From positions 1 through 55,336 of the forward strand of contig JBDREN010000230.1 in assembly GCA_043819795.1 (NCBI GenBank): 55,336 bases of DNA, read 5' to 3'. Under the pieces are notes generated by a model. The model was not told the DNA's origin. It worked only from the letters and a program-made list of their open reading frames with translations, and did not search any database. This DNA comes from Elusimicrobiota bacterium. GTDB taxonomy: Bacteria; Elusimicrobiota; Elusimicrobia; UBA1565. Numbering within the stretch: the first letter of the stretch is position 1; every line of letters begins with the position of its first letter. Positions 44,024 to 53,269 of this stretch are shown in pieces. A program made the position numbers and the translations under genes.

Positions 44024-44341
44024 TTACTTCCCTTCGAGGTACCTCTGGAATCCGCGCTGGCCGGATTCGTCCATCTTGCGGCAGAAGCGATGCTCCCGCT
44101 TCTCGTCGATCGCCTCCGGGGCGAAGATCATGTAGAAGATCATGTGGCCGAACTCGTGCAGGATGGTCCCCACCTGCTTGATGAGGGGGGCCGACTCATC
44201 GATGCGCAGGAGGTAGTGGTTCCCTTTCTGAGCGTCCGGCTTGAGCTGGCCCCAATCCTTCAGCTTGCTGCTGAACCGGATCTTCAGCGTGTATTCCCTC
44301 ATCGCCATCCCGATTGTAGCAGTAACGGTGTCAGGCTTCAA
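44024..44341 (-). CDS. Small hypothetical protein with HExxH zincin motif
   Basis: TILHEFGHM followed by E.RFC. Start codon uncertain. Confidence 0.6.
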   Translation of the reverse strand: MKPDTVTATIGMAMREYTLKIRFSSKLKDWGQLKPDAQKGNHYLLRIDESAPLIKQVGTILHEFGHMIFYMIFAPEAIDEKREHRFCRKMDESGQRGFQRYLEGK

Positions 44342-44526
44342 CTTATGGAACTAATTCAACTTTTGGGAATCACGGAACAGATGAATAAACTAGGGTTTTG
44401 CGGCATTTCTGCTATCCGTCAGCGCGGGCTGTAACGACGGCCTCGGACGGAGCGCGGCGCCCCTGTTCTTTTCGCTTGAATTCGGTCGCCAGGGGGAATA
44501 AACTCTCTGGACACAGGAGGCCTATC

Positions 44527-44943
44527 ATGCCTAAAGCCATCATGGAGACCAGTAAGGGGACAATCGTTATCGAGCTCTTCGATAAGGACGCCCCCAATAC
44601 GGTTCAGAACTTCGTCACCCTGTCGCAAAAGGGATTCTATAACGGCCTGAAGTTCCATCGGGTCATCAAGCAGTTCATGATTCAGGGCGGCTGTCCCCTC
44701 GGCACCGGGACCGGCGGCCCGGGCTATACGATCAAGTGCGAGATCAACGCCCAGAAGCACACCCCGGGGACGCTGTCCATGGCGCACGCGGGCAAGGACA
44801 CCGGCGGCAGCCAGTTCTTCATCACGCACGTGGCCACGCCGCATCTCGACGGGATGCACACGGTCTTCGGCAGGACCACGGACATGGACGTGGTCAACGC
44901 GATCGAGAAGGACGACCTGATCAAGTCCCTCGCCATCGCGTAG
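44527..44943 (+). CDS. Cyclophilin-type peptidyl-prolyl cis-trans isomerase
   Basis: [58 protein letters not shown]. Confidence 0.95.
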   Translation: MPKAIMETSKGTIVIELFDKDAPNTVQNFVTLSQKGFYNGLKFHRVIKQFMIQGGCPLGTGTGGPGYTIKCEINAQKHTPGTLSMAHAGKDTGGSQFFITHVATPHLDGMHTVFGRTTDMDVVNAIEKDDLIKSLAIA

Positions 44944-44984
44944 GGTCTCAGCCGTTGCGTTACTTGTCTTATGGCCCCCGGTAA

Positions 44985-46256
44985 GTGAAGAAACGCAACA
45001 ACGCAACGCCCGACACTGGGCTATTGACCGTCATCGGGCCGGGGCTGCTGGTGGCGGCCACCGGCGTGGGCGCGGGCGACCTCGCCACCGCCAGCATCGC
45101 CGGCAGCCAGCTTGGGACCGCGGTCCTCTGGGCGGTCTTGGTGGGTGGGTTCATCAAGTTCGTCCTGACCGAGGGGCTGGCTCGCTGGCAGCTCGCCACC
45201 GGCCAGACGCTCCTCGAAGGGGCCGCGCGCCGGCTCGGCCGAGGCGTGGGCTGGCTGTTTCTTCCTTACCTTCTGCTGTGGTCCTTCTTCGTGGGCTCGG
45301 CGCTCATGGGAGCGTGCGGCGTGACGCTGCACGCCATGGCGCCGGTGTTCCGGGAGGCGGCCCACGGGAAGATCGCGTTCGGGATCCTCTCGAGCCTCGC
45401 CGGCTTGGGATTGGTCCTGGCCGGCGGGTTCCAGCTCTTCGAGAAAGCCATGAGCGTCTGCATCGGGCTCATGTTCGCCACGGTCGTGGCGACCGCGGCG
45501 CTTGTGTGGCCGGGCACGGGGGAGGTGGTACGCGGCCTCCTGGTCCCCGCCATCCCGGACGCGGGCGGCGCGGGCGTCACGTGGACGGTCGCGCTCATCG
45601 GCGGCGTGGGCGGGACGCTCACCGTGCTGTGCTACGGCTATTGGATCCGCGAGAAGGGGCGCCAGGGCGAGGGCGACCTGACCCTCTGCCGGATGGACCT
45701 GGGCCTGGGCTACGCGATGACCATCCTATTCGGTCTGGCCATGGTGATCATCGGGAGCACGGTGGAGGTGGAGGGCCGGGGAGCGGGACTGCTCGTGACG
45801 CTCGCCGACCGCCTCGAAGGGCCGCTGGGCCCCGTCGGCCGCTGGGTCTTCCTGATCGGGGCTCTTGGCGCCGTATTCAGCAGCCTGCTCGGCGTATGGC
45901 AGGCCGTTCCGTACCTTTTCGCGGACGTGTGGCGCCTGTTCATCCGGAGGGTGAAGCCGGAGGGGGGCGACACCGACGGCCGCGGCACGATCGATACGCG
46001 CTCGGCCCCGTACCGGAGCTACCTCTTCGCGATCGCCTTCGTCCCGATGCTCGGCCTCATGTTGAGCTTCAAGGAGGTGCAGAAGCTCTACGCCGTGATC
46101 GGGGCCGCGTTCATCCCGCTGCTCGCTGTGGCGCTCTTGATCCTTAACGGCAAGCGCGCGTGGGTGGGGGACCTCGCCAACCGGCGGCCGACCGTGGCCG
46201 CGCTCCTCGCCGCCCTCGCCTTTTTCGCCTGGGTAGGGTGTCGGGCGTTGCGCTAG
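44985..46256 (+). CDS. NRAMP-superfamily (YcsG/MntH-like) transporter
   Basis: IGPGLLVAATGVGAGDL, ~11 TM segments. Lacks the canonical DPGN motif. Confidence 0.8.
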   Translation: MKKRNNATPDTGLLTVIGPGLLVAATGVGAGDLATASIAGSQLGTAVLWAVLVGGFIKFVLTEGLARWQLATGQTLLEGAARRLGRGVGWLFLPYLLLWSFFVGSALMGACGVTLHAMAPVFREAAHGKIAFGILSSLAGLGLVLAGGFQLFEKAMSVCIGLMFATVVATAALVWPGTGEVVRGLLVPAIPDAGGAGVTWTVALIGGVGGTLTVLCYGYWIREKGRQGEGDLTLCRMDLGLGYAMTILFGLAMVIIGSTVEVEGRGAGLLVTLADRLEGPLGPVGRWVFLIGALGAVFSSLLGVWQAVPYLFADVWRLFIRRVKPEGGDTDGRGTIDTRSAPYRSYLFAIAFVPMLGLMLSFKEVQKLYAVIGAAFIPLLAVALLILNGKRAWVGDLANRRPTVAALLAALAFFAWVGCRALR

Positions 46257-46502
46257 CTGCGTTTGTTCACGCCCCATCTGTCCGGGTCAAATCATTATAA
46301 TGTCAGGAGGAGCCTTCGCGAGAGCGGCGGACGTGACGCGCGCGCCCGCACAACGGCAAGCTCCCGCTCGGCCTGGGTTGTTTCTTCACCGGGTACGGCG
46401 TCAGGCTCGACATGTCCGAGGGGGGCTGGCGGATTCTTTTCGAAGCTTAAACCCGGCGTCGGATCCGGGCGCTGACAGCGGACAACGGTAAGGAGGGGTA
46501 TC

Positions 46503-46814
46503 ATGGGCTTCATCGCGACCTTGTTCAATTTCTCGGCCTTCGCGCTCGTTGTCGCCGCGGGCGCCGTCAGCTTCGCCGTGCATCGCGGGGTGCCCGACAA
46601 GAAGGAGCGCCTGCTGGCGATGGGAGGCTTCGCGCAGTCGCTGGCCTTTACTGTCAGCCTCGTCTTTTTTGCCTGGGCCCTGTATTCCGTGACGGCGGCG
46701 GGTCTCAGCAATTGGGGCCCTCAAATCGGCCGCGTCATCATGACGGCGCTCTACGGTGCGCTGGTCAACCTAGGCTGCGGGCTCTATGTCCGATTCGGGT
46801 GTTCCGCTGCGTAA
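46503..46814 (+). CDS. Small three-TM membrane protein
   Basis: TAAGGAGG RBS and hydrophobic segments. Confidence 0.7.
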   Translation: MGFIATLFNFSAFALVVAAGAVSFAVHRGVPDKKERLLAMGGFAQSLAFTVSLVFFAWALYSVTAAGLSNWGPQIGRVIMTALYGALVNLGCGLYVRFGCSAA

Positions 46815-46844
46815 GGGTCGCCGGTCCGGAGAGGTTTCAAGGGT

Positions 46845-47420
46845 TTGAAAAAGAGTCTGGAGCAGCGCATAGCGGAAGCCGTCCGCGAGGAGGTGTCGCT
46901 GGCCGCCTACGACCCGGCATGGCCGGCCATGTTCGCGGACGAGGCGAGGTCCTTGAGGTCCAAGCTGCCCGGGCCGCCGGTCGGGAGGATCGAGCATTTC
47001 GGGAGCACCGCGGTGCCGGGCCTGTGCGCGAAACCCGTCATAGACATCCTGGTCGAAGTCGCCAGCCACGAGCAGGCGAAGGAAACGATCGCGCCGGCTC
47101 TGGAGGCGGAGGGCTACGAGTACTTCTGGCGGCCCATGTTCGAGGGCTCGGACGTCTTCTACGCGTGGTTCATCAAGCGCGGTCCCGGCGGCAAGCGCAC
47201 CCACCATATCCACATGGTCGAGTCGGACTCGGAGCTCTGGGACCGCCTGCGCTTCAGGGACTACCTGCGGGAATTCCCCGCCGAAAGGGAGCGATACGAG
47301 CGACTGAAGCGGGAGCTCGCAGCGAGACACCCGGGCGACAGGGTCGCCTACACGGAGGCCAAGACCGGCTTCGTGGTGGCCGTGACCGAAAAGGCGAAGC
47401 GGTACTATGACGCGGCCTGA
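46845..47420 (+). CDS. GrpB/UPF0157 family nucleotidyltransferase-fold protein
   Basis: YDPAWP..F..E, IEHFGSTAVPGL.AKPVIDI, RTHHIH, FRDYLR, Y..LK..LA, YT.AK. Confidence 0.9.
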   Translation: MKKSLEQRIAEAVREEVSLAAYDPAWPAMFADEARSLRSKLPGPPVGRIEHFGSTAVPGLCAKPVIDILVEVASHEQAKETIAPALEAEGYEYFWRPMFEGSDVFYAWFIKRGPGGKRTHHIHMVESDSELWDRLRFRDYLREFPAERERYERLKRELAARHPGDRVAYTEAKTGFVVAVTEKAKRYYDAA

Positions 47421-48093
47421 CCGGATGGAAAGAGTCCTCGAGCCGGAGCTGATGAGCGATCCGAATCAGGCGGTGGCATACGCCAACGCCGATTTTGAAG
47501 AATCGCACAGCCGGGCGATCGAGCTGCTGGACGCCGAGTTCCAGCGCCCCCGGATCGACGGATCGATCCTCGACCTCGGGTGCGGCCCCGGCGACATAAC
47601 GTTCCGGCTCGCCCGCCGCTTTCCGGAGGCATCGATCGCCGCGGTGGACGGATCCGCCGCCATGATCGAGCTCGCGAACATGCGCAAGGAGCGCGAGAAC
47701 GATATGGGGGGGAATATTACGTTCCTCGAAGGCCGCATCCCGACGGCGGCGATCCCCCGGGCGTCTTATGACTTGATCGTCAGCACGAGCTTTCTTCATC
47801 ACTTGCCGGACCCGGCGGTCTTGTGGGACACCATCATTGAGCACGCGCGTCCCGGATGCCGGGTGTTCGTCTATGACCTCTTCCGTCCCGGCAGCAAGGA
47901 GGAAGCGAGGCGGCTCGTTGACCGATACTCGGGCGGCGAGCCGGATGTCCTCAAAAGGGACTTCTATCATTCGCTGCTCGCGGCTTTCGAGCCGAAAGAA
48001 GTCGAGCGACAGCTTGTCGCGGCGGGCCTGCCCGGATTCTCGATCAAGACGGTGAGCGACAGGCACATGATCATGTTCGGAGTGAAGGCCTGA
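47407..48093 (+). CDS. Class I SAM-dependent methyltransferase
   Basis: EPELM...Q..AYA.ADF, ILDLGCGPG, VDGS..M, LHHL.DP, DL.RP. Start could be ATG 47425. Confidence 0.9.
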   Translation: MTRPDRMERVLEPELMSDPNQAVAYANADFEESHSRAIELLDAEFQRPRIDGSILDLGCGPGDITFRLARRFPEASIAAVDGSAAMIELANMRKERENDMGGNITFLEGRIPTAAIPRASYDLIVSTSFLHHLPDPAVLWDTIIEHARPGCRVFVYDLFRPGSKEEARRLVDRYSGGEPDVLKRDFYHSLLAAFEPKEVERQLVAAGLPGFSIKTVSDRHMIMFGVKA

Positions 48094-48219
48094 GCGCCCG
48101 CCTGAGCCGCCCATCCGCGAGGAGCCTGTCGGCTGAGCGCCGCCGCCAAGAAGCCCCCTGAGTCGAATAGGTCCGGATCAAGGGGGAGAACCTGGAATCA
48201 ACTTATCGGCTGACGGGCC

Positions 48220-48873
48220 TTATAGCCATCTGCGGCGGTCGGGGAAGTAGAGGGGCTTCCTGTCCGGATAGCGGCGCTGGTACCGCTCGTAGCGCTCATG
48301 CCACCGCTCATACTCGCGGTCCGGGGTCCGGAACCGCCGGTGCGGCATGGCGATCAGCGCTTTTTCCACGGACCAGACGTTCCGGGTCGAGAACCGCCAG
48401 TCCGGGCCCTTGAAGGTCCTCAGGTCGAAGACGCCGTAGCCGGTGACGCGGCCCGTATGGTCCACGAAGGGGGCCCTGTAGCTCCGGACCAGGTCGCGGA
48501 CCGACCGGAATACCGGCTTGCGCCCGAACAGGCCCGGGTCGCGTGACTTGGCGACCGTGCCCCATCCGCTGTTCTCCTGGAAGAGGAATAGGACGTGGTC
48601 GAGGTCGTCCTTCGACTCGATGTCCAGCAGCAAGGGGGGATAGCCGTGGTGCGTGAGGACGGCGGCCACCGACAGGGCGGCCTCCAGACAATGCGCGGTA
48701 TTCAAACGCACGACTTGGCGGAAGGTGCGCAGGGTCTCCCCGCGCCTCTCGTAGTTGTAGGGCAAGGACTTGAGCCACCGCTGGGCGAGCAGGGGAGTCC
48801 GGCACTTCCGAACGAGCCTCCACTCCCGGGCGGTGTAGCGCGAGGGTTCGGGCGGCGTGGTGTCTCGTGGCAT
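48220..48873 (-). CDS. Conserved hypothetical protein, transglutaminase-like Cys/His motifs
   Basis: LPYN, AHCLEAAL, DHVL, WG.VAKS..PGL..R.PV.RS.RDL..SY. Confidence 0.75.
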   Translation of the reverse strand: MPRDTTPPEPSRYTAREWRLVRKCRTPLLAQRWLKSLPYNYERRGETLRTFRQVVRLNTAHCLEAALSVAAVLTHHGYPPLLLDIESKDDLDHVLFLFQENSGWGTVAKSRDPGLFGRKPVFRSVRDLVRSYRAPFVDHTGRVTGYGVFDLRTFKGPDWRFSTRNVWSVEKALIAMPHRRFRTPDREYERWHERYERYQRRYPDRKPLYFPDRRRWL

Positions 48874-48997
48874 TGCTCGTTCGACGATCCGCCGGAGAGT
48901 ATACCTATTGCGGGACGCCGCCCAAAAGTTGCATAAGTCACATAAGTTGAAGCCTGACACCGATTGACACCGATTCGTTACTTGGTATCATATCGGT

Positions 48998-50980
48998 ATG
49001 ATGATTCGCGCGTCCGTGCCGCGCATTCCCGTGCTCGCGCTGGCGGCGCTCGTCTGCCTCTCGGGCTGCTCCATCAAGAACGTCAAGATCGACCGGGTGG
49101 CCCTGTGTTCCGGGGGCGAATGCTCGCCCGCGAGCCCGGAATCCAAGGAGCGACTGCTGGGTCGCATCTACAACCTGCTCAGGTCGGCCAAGAAGACCGA
49201 TATCCGCTTTTACCGCTCGAAGTCCAAGACGCGCGCGCGGGGCCGCCGCGGCGTGCGCTTCTACACACTGAGCACCCTCCTTCCGTTGCCGGGGAAGCTT
49301 TCCTACATCCGGCTCGACGATGTATTGTACGTCGACCGGGAAAAATCCGAGATCAAGCTCGTGGCGCGCCCCCGGTCGAGCTTCCTGTTCGTCCCGCCGG
49401 CCTGCACCAAGGGTTCCGGGATGCTGAAGGTCCATTCACCGACCGATATACGACTTGAGGTCAAAGCGGTCTGTAGTTGGCTTGTCTTGCCTTTTGGCGT
49501 GAAATTGGATATCCGCATCGACTCGATCGACTTCGAGGCAAGGGCGTTCAGCGGATATTACAGGCTGGGTTTCCGCGGTCTGGCCGCCGGCGTCGGCCGG
49601 GGCTATTTCCGCGCCGAATTAGCGCCTTCTCCGCCTCCGCCCCCGGCTCCGAAGAAGGAAAAGAAGAAGAGGAAGGAGCCCCCCAAGGCGCCTGCCGTGG
49701 CGGCCAAGCCTCCGCCGCTTCCTAAGCCGCCGGTCCCGCCCAAGCCTCCCGCTCCGGTGGAGGTCGAGGAGGAGATAATCTCCGAGCTCCCCGTGCTCGC
49801 GTTGCGCACTCGTTTCGAGGATGAGAACGGGGACCTGATCCTGGAGGGCGGCGAGAAAGTCACCCTGAACGTCTCGGTGGAGAACGTCGGCCGGGCTTCG
49901 GCCGAGGACGTGCGGGTGGCCCTGTCGGGCAGTCCGGAGCTGGTGGCGGCCTTGGGCGAGGGCCGCGGGCTGGGCCGCGTGTCTCTGAAGCGGCCCGAAC
50001 GGGTCGTGTTCGAGGGCCGCCTGGCCCAGGAACTGCCGGTGGGGGCGGCCGAGCTGCGGATCGAGGTCCTGGCCGGACGAGGGGGGGCTCTGACCGCGGC
50101 CAAGGTGCTGAAGGTGGCCATGAGGCCCGGCGCCGTGGAGGCCGCGGAGGAGGTCCTCTCCGAGATCAGCGTGGACGATATCCCGCCCAAGATCGAGGGG
50201 GCCGGCCGGCCGAACGACGCGGCCTTGGTCGTGGGCATATCGGACTATCGCGAGAAGTTTATCCCGAAGGTCAAGTACGCGGGGCGCGACGCGGAGATCA
50301 TGGTCCGCTACCTCGAGAACGTGGCGGGCGTCCCGCCCGCCAACATCAAGCTTCTCACGGACTCCATGGCCACCAAGAGCGACCTGGAGGCGTATCTCGA
50401 GGACTGGCTCGCCCGGCGCGTGAAGGAGGATTCCACCGTCTACTTCTACTATGCGGGACACGGAGCCCCGGCTCCGGACGGGAAGGAGGCGTACCTGGTC
50501 CCCTATGAGGGCCATCCCGACTTCTCCGCCAAGCTTTTTGGGCTCAAGAGGCTCTACGCCTCGCTGAAGAAGCTCAATGCCAAGCGGACCGTGGTGATGC
50601 TCGACAGCTGCTTTTCAGGGGCGAGCGGCCGCGGTATCACGAGCCAGGGCGCCAGGCCTCTGGTGTTCGTGGCCTTGCCGCGGCTCAAGGGCGCCGATGT
50701 CGTGGTCATGTCCGCCGCTTCGGGAAGCCAGATCAGCTCGGATTACGACAAGGTGGAGCACGGCCTTTTCACGTACTACCTTCTCAAGGGCATGCGTGGG
50801 GGCGCGGACGAGGACCGCGACGGTTCGGTCAGCCTGGGCGAGTTGTTCCAATACGTGCGGGCCAACGTCTCGGAGACCGCTTCCCTGGAGCTGAACCGGG
50901 ACCAGATCCCCGAGCTCATGCCGCCCCTCTCCGAGGCCTCCCCGCATACGGATCTGCCCGTGGTCCAGCGGTACCGGTAA
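48998..50980 (+). CDS. Caspase-family (peptidase C14) lipoprotein
   Basis: Lipobox LSGC, Pro/Lys linker, CARDB/Ig-like domain, then ALVVGISDY, YFYYAGHG, LDSCFSG and HGLFTYYLLKG. Confidence 0.88.
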   Translation: MMIRASVPRIPVLALAALVCLSGCSIKNVKIDRVALCSGGECSPASPESKERLLGRIYNLLRSAKKTDIRFYRSKSKTRARGRRGVRFYTLSTLLPLPGKLSYIRLDDVLYVDREKSEIKLVARPRSSFLFVPPACTKGSGMLKVHSPTDIRLEVKAVCSWLVLPFGVKLDIRIDSIDFEARAFSGYYRLGFRGLAAGVGRGYFRAELAPSPPPPPAPKKEKKKRKEPPKAPAVAAKPPPLPKPPVPPKPPAPVEVEEEIISELPVLALRTRFEDENGDLILEGGEKVTLNVSVENVGRASAEDVRVALSGSPELVAALGEGRGLGRVSLKRPERVVFEGRLAQELPVGAAELRIEVLAGRGGALTAAKVLKVAMRPGAVEAAEEVLSEISVDDIPPKIEGAGRPNDAALVVGISDYREKFIPKVKYAGRDAEIMVRYLENVAGVPPANIKLLTDSMATKSDLEAYLEDWLARRVKEDSTVYFYYAGHGAPAPDGKEAYLVPYEGHPDFSAKLFGLKRLYASLKKLNAKRTVVMLDSCFSGASGRGITSQGARPLVFVALPRLKGADVVVMSAASGSQISSDYDKVEHGLFTYYLLKGMRGGADEDRDGSVSLGELFQYVRANVSETASLELNRDQIPELMPPLSEASPHTDLPVVQRYR

Positions 50981-51028
50981 GCTGATACGGTGCGATAAAT
51001 TGACGGTCGACACCAGGAGGGACGCGTC

Positions 51029-51556
51029 GTGAAGAGGGTCTGCGCATGGTGCGATGCCGATCTCGGCACGAAGGAGTCCGGCATTCTCCCCGATGACGCC
51101 GTCACGCACGGGATGTGTCCGGCGTGCGAGACGCGGCTTCTTCCAGAGGTGGGCGATTCAACGCATGAGTTCCTCGATCGTCTCGGGGTCCCCGTCCTGC
51201 TGATGGAGGCCGACGCCAGGGTGCGGTCGGCCAACAAGTACGCCCGCGCGATCCTCGGGAAGGAATTGCCCAAGATCGAGGGGGAGGGCTGCGGCGACGT
51301 GATCGCCTGTCCCAACGCGAGACTGCCGGAAGGATGTGGGTATACCGTCCACTGCAAGGACTGCTCCATCAGGAACGCCGTGCTCGAGACGTTCGAAACG
51401 GGAAAAAGCATCGTGAGGCGGTCCGCCTACCCCGACATCGAGCGGGCCGGCGGCATCAAGAAAATGCGCATCCTGATTTCGACCGAAAAGGCCGGCGAGA
51501 TCGTGCTGCTGCGCATCGACGATATCCGGGAAGAACGCCCCGGGGACCGGGATTGA
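51029..51556 (+). CDS. Cys-rich zinc-finger plus PAS-like domain protein
   Basis: AGGAGG RBS with GTG start. CAWC...HGMCPAC, PAS-like PVLL......V..AN..A..ILG, further C..C motifs. Confidence 0.75.
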   Translation: MKRVCAWCDADLGTKESGILPDDAVTHGMCPACETRLLPEVGDSTHEFLDRLGVPVLLMEADARVRSANKYARAILGKELPKIEGEGCGDVIACPNARLPEGCGYTVHCKDCSIRNAVLETFETGKSIVRRSAYPDIERAGGIKKMRILISTEKAGEIVLLRIDDIREERPGDRD

Positions 51557-51628
51557 GCGGCGCCCGCCGCTCGCCCGGGCCGGCGGAGCTCCGACGCCGG
51601 CGAGAAACCATGAGCGCGGCCCCATAGC

Positions 51629-52267
51629 ATGTTCGTCGGCCACTACGCGGTCGGATTGGCGTTAAAGAAGAGAAGCGAGGATGTGCCGCTGTGGGCGTTG
51701 TTCGTCTCCGTCCAGCTCGTCGATATCCTCGCCTTTCTGTTCATCCTGCTCGGTCTTGAGCGCATACGATACAACCCGAGCCCGAACCCTTTTCTTCGCA
51801 CTGTCCTCGAGTACATGCCTTTTTCCCACTCTCTATCCGCCAACGCGGCGCTCGCGCTGGCCGTCTTCCTGATCTTTTGGAGGCTCAAGAGCAAAGAATG
51901 GGGGATCGTCCTTTCGATAGGCGTGTTGTCCCATTGGTTCCTCGACGCGCTGGTCCATGTCCCCGAGATGCCCATCGTCTATGACAGCCTCAAGGTCGGC
52001 CTGGGCTTATGGCGATACCCCTGGACCGCCTTCCTGCTCGAGCTCGCGGTATTGCTCCTCGCGGGGGCTTACCTTCTCAAAGGTCCCGCCAGGCGCGGGC
52101 GGCACATCGTCCTGATCGCCTTCGCGGCTCTTTGCTTCGGCGGCATGTTCTTCTCGCCCGAAGCCGAGGCGACGCCCGCCCTGGTGAGCGTCATGAGCCT
52201 CGCGGTCTACGCCGCATTCACGGCCCTGGCGTATTGGTGCGAGAGAGAGGGGATCAGGCGCAGTTGA
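51629..52267 (+). CDS. Membrane-bound putative metal-dependent hydrolase (YdjM-like)
   Basis: MFVGHY, Q..D, FSHSL, SHWFLD..VH, several TM segments. Confidence 0.75.
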   Translation: MFVGHYAVGLALKKRSEDVPLWALFVSVQLVDILAFLFILLGLERIRYNPSPNPFLRTVLEYMPFSHSLSANAALALAVFLIFWRLKSKEWGIVLSIGVLSHWFLDALVHVPEMPIVYDSLKVGLGLWRYPWTAFLLELAVLLLAGAYLLKGPARRGRHIVLIAFAALCFGGMFFSPEAEATPALVSVMSLAVYAAFTALAYWCEREGIRRS

Positions 52268-52583
52268 CGCAGCGGTCGGCTTCAGGGACGTACAGTAGGC
52301 GGGCGATGGGGATCGGCTGCCGGCAGGTAAGGCACTTGCCGAAGTCCGGATCGTCGACGTGCGAGAGCCGCTCATCGAGGCGGCTGAGCCGTTCCTTGGC
52401 GGCGCCGAGTGCGGCCTCGCGTATGCCTTTCTCCCGGATGGCGTCCATGCGGCTCAGGCGCCCCACGGCGTTGTCCGGAGGCACGGGCTTGGCCTCATCT
52501 TTGAGCTGAGGAAGACGCGCCCGGAGTTCCTCGATCTCGGAGAGCAGCTTGGCCTTCAGTTGTTCGCGATCGCCTTCGTTCAT
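52254..52583 (-). CDS. TraR/DksA C4-type zinc finger protein
   Basis: Coiled coil with GRLSRMDA, then FG.C..C..PIP.ARL..VPEA..CV.C. Confidence 0.88.
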   Translation of the reverse strand: MNEGDREQLKAKLLSEIEELRARLPQLKDEAKPVPPDNAVGRLSRMDAIREKGIREAALGAAKERLSRLDERLSHVDDPDFGKCLTCRQPIPIARLLYVPEADRCVNCA

Positions 52584-52670
52584 CCGTGTAGGATAGCGAA
52601 TTCGGAGCCGGGTCGGCGCCAAGGACCCAAGAAGGTCAAGGAATTCGCAAAAGTCAAAGCCTGACGCCGT

Positions 52671-53207
52671 CTACCGGGCTCCAGGTGGTGGTTCGAACGT
52701 CGGTGCGGTGCCATGTTCTCGGATCCAATCCTCAAGCCGGAAGCGGGGTCGACGTTCCGGGAGCCCGTTGAGGCCGAGGCGGTAGGTCCAGCGGCCGCAG
52801 TAGTCCACCTTGGTCGCCCAGCGCGGGTTTGCGGGCTCATCGCGTTCGATGCGCTCCCGCTCCGCTTGGAGGATCCCGGAGCAACGCCGCGTCCGATGGG
52901 CCATTTCCTTCGCGTGCCAGGCGGAAAGACATATCACGCCGGTGAACGCGGCCGCGGCCAGCAGGCCGCGCATGAACCGCGGGCGCGCGCCCGCCCGCTC
53001 CAGATGACGGGCGGCGAGAGCGTACGACAAGACGAAATGGAGCATGATCCAGATGGAGAAGAACCAGAGCTCGAAGACGGCGGTCTCAGAAGGGGCGAGG
53101 CCCCGCCAGCCGACCGCGGCCAGGGCCGCGAAGGCGCCCACGCTGCTGACGGCGAGCAGCCAGGTGAGGATCCGATCCGCGCGTCGCGGGGACTTCCGCT
53201 GGCTCAA
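52671..53207 (-). CDS. Hypothetical membrane protein
   Basis: Three hydrophobic segments. TTG start uncertain. Confidence 0.6.
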   Translation of the reverse strand: MSQRKSPRRADRILTWLLAVSSVGAFAALAAVGWRGLAPSETAVFELWFFSIWIMLHFVLSYALAARHLERAGARPRFMRGLLAAAAFTGVICLSAWHAKEMAHRTRRCSGILQAERERIERDEPANPRWATKVDYCGRWTYRLGLNGLPERRPRFRLEDWIREHGTAPTFEPPPGAR

Positions 53208-53269
53208 AGCACGCTCTTGGGGGTCCTGTCAAGCCTGTTCGCGCACTTAGCTTCGTGCGGGAGAGGGGG

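Noticed and set aside
44485..44512. CCAGGGGG-AATAAA-CTCTCTGG hairpin before the cyclophilin gene
   Set aside because: A single short hairpin with no other riboswitch or ncRNA features.
46290..46502. ~200-bp leader after a TATAAT, as a possible structured RNA
   Set aside because: Only generic GC-rich pairing. No recognisable family and no second copy in the window.
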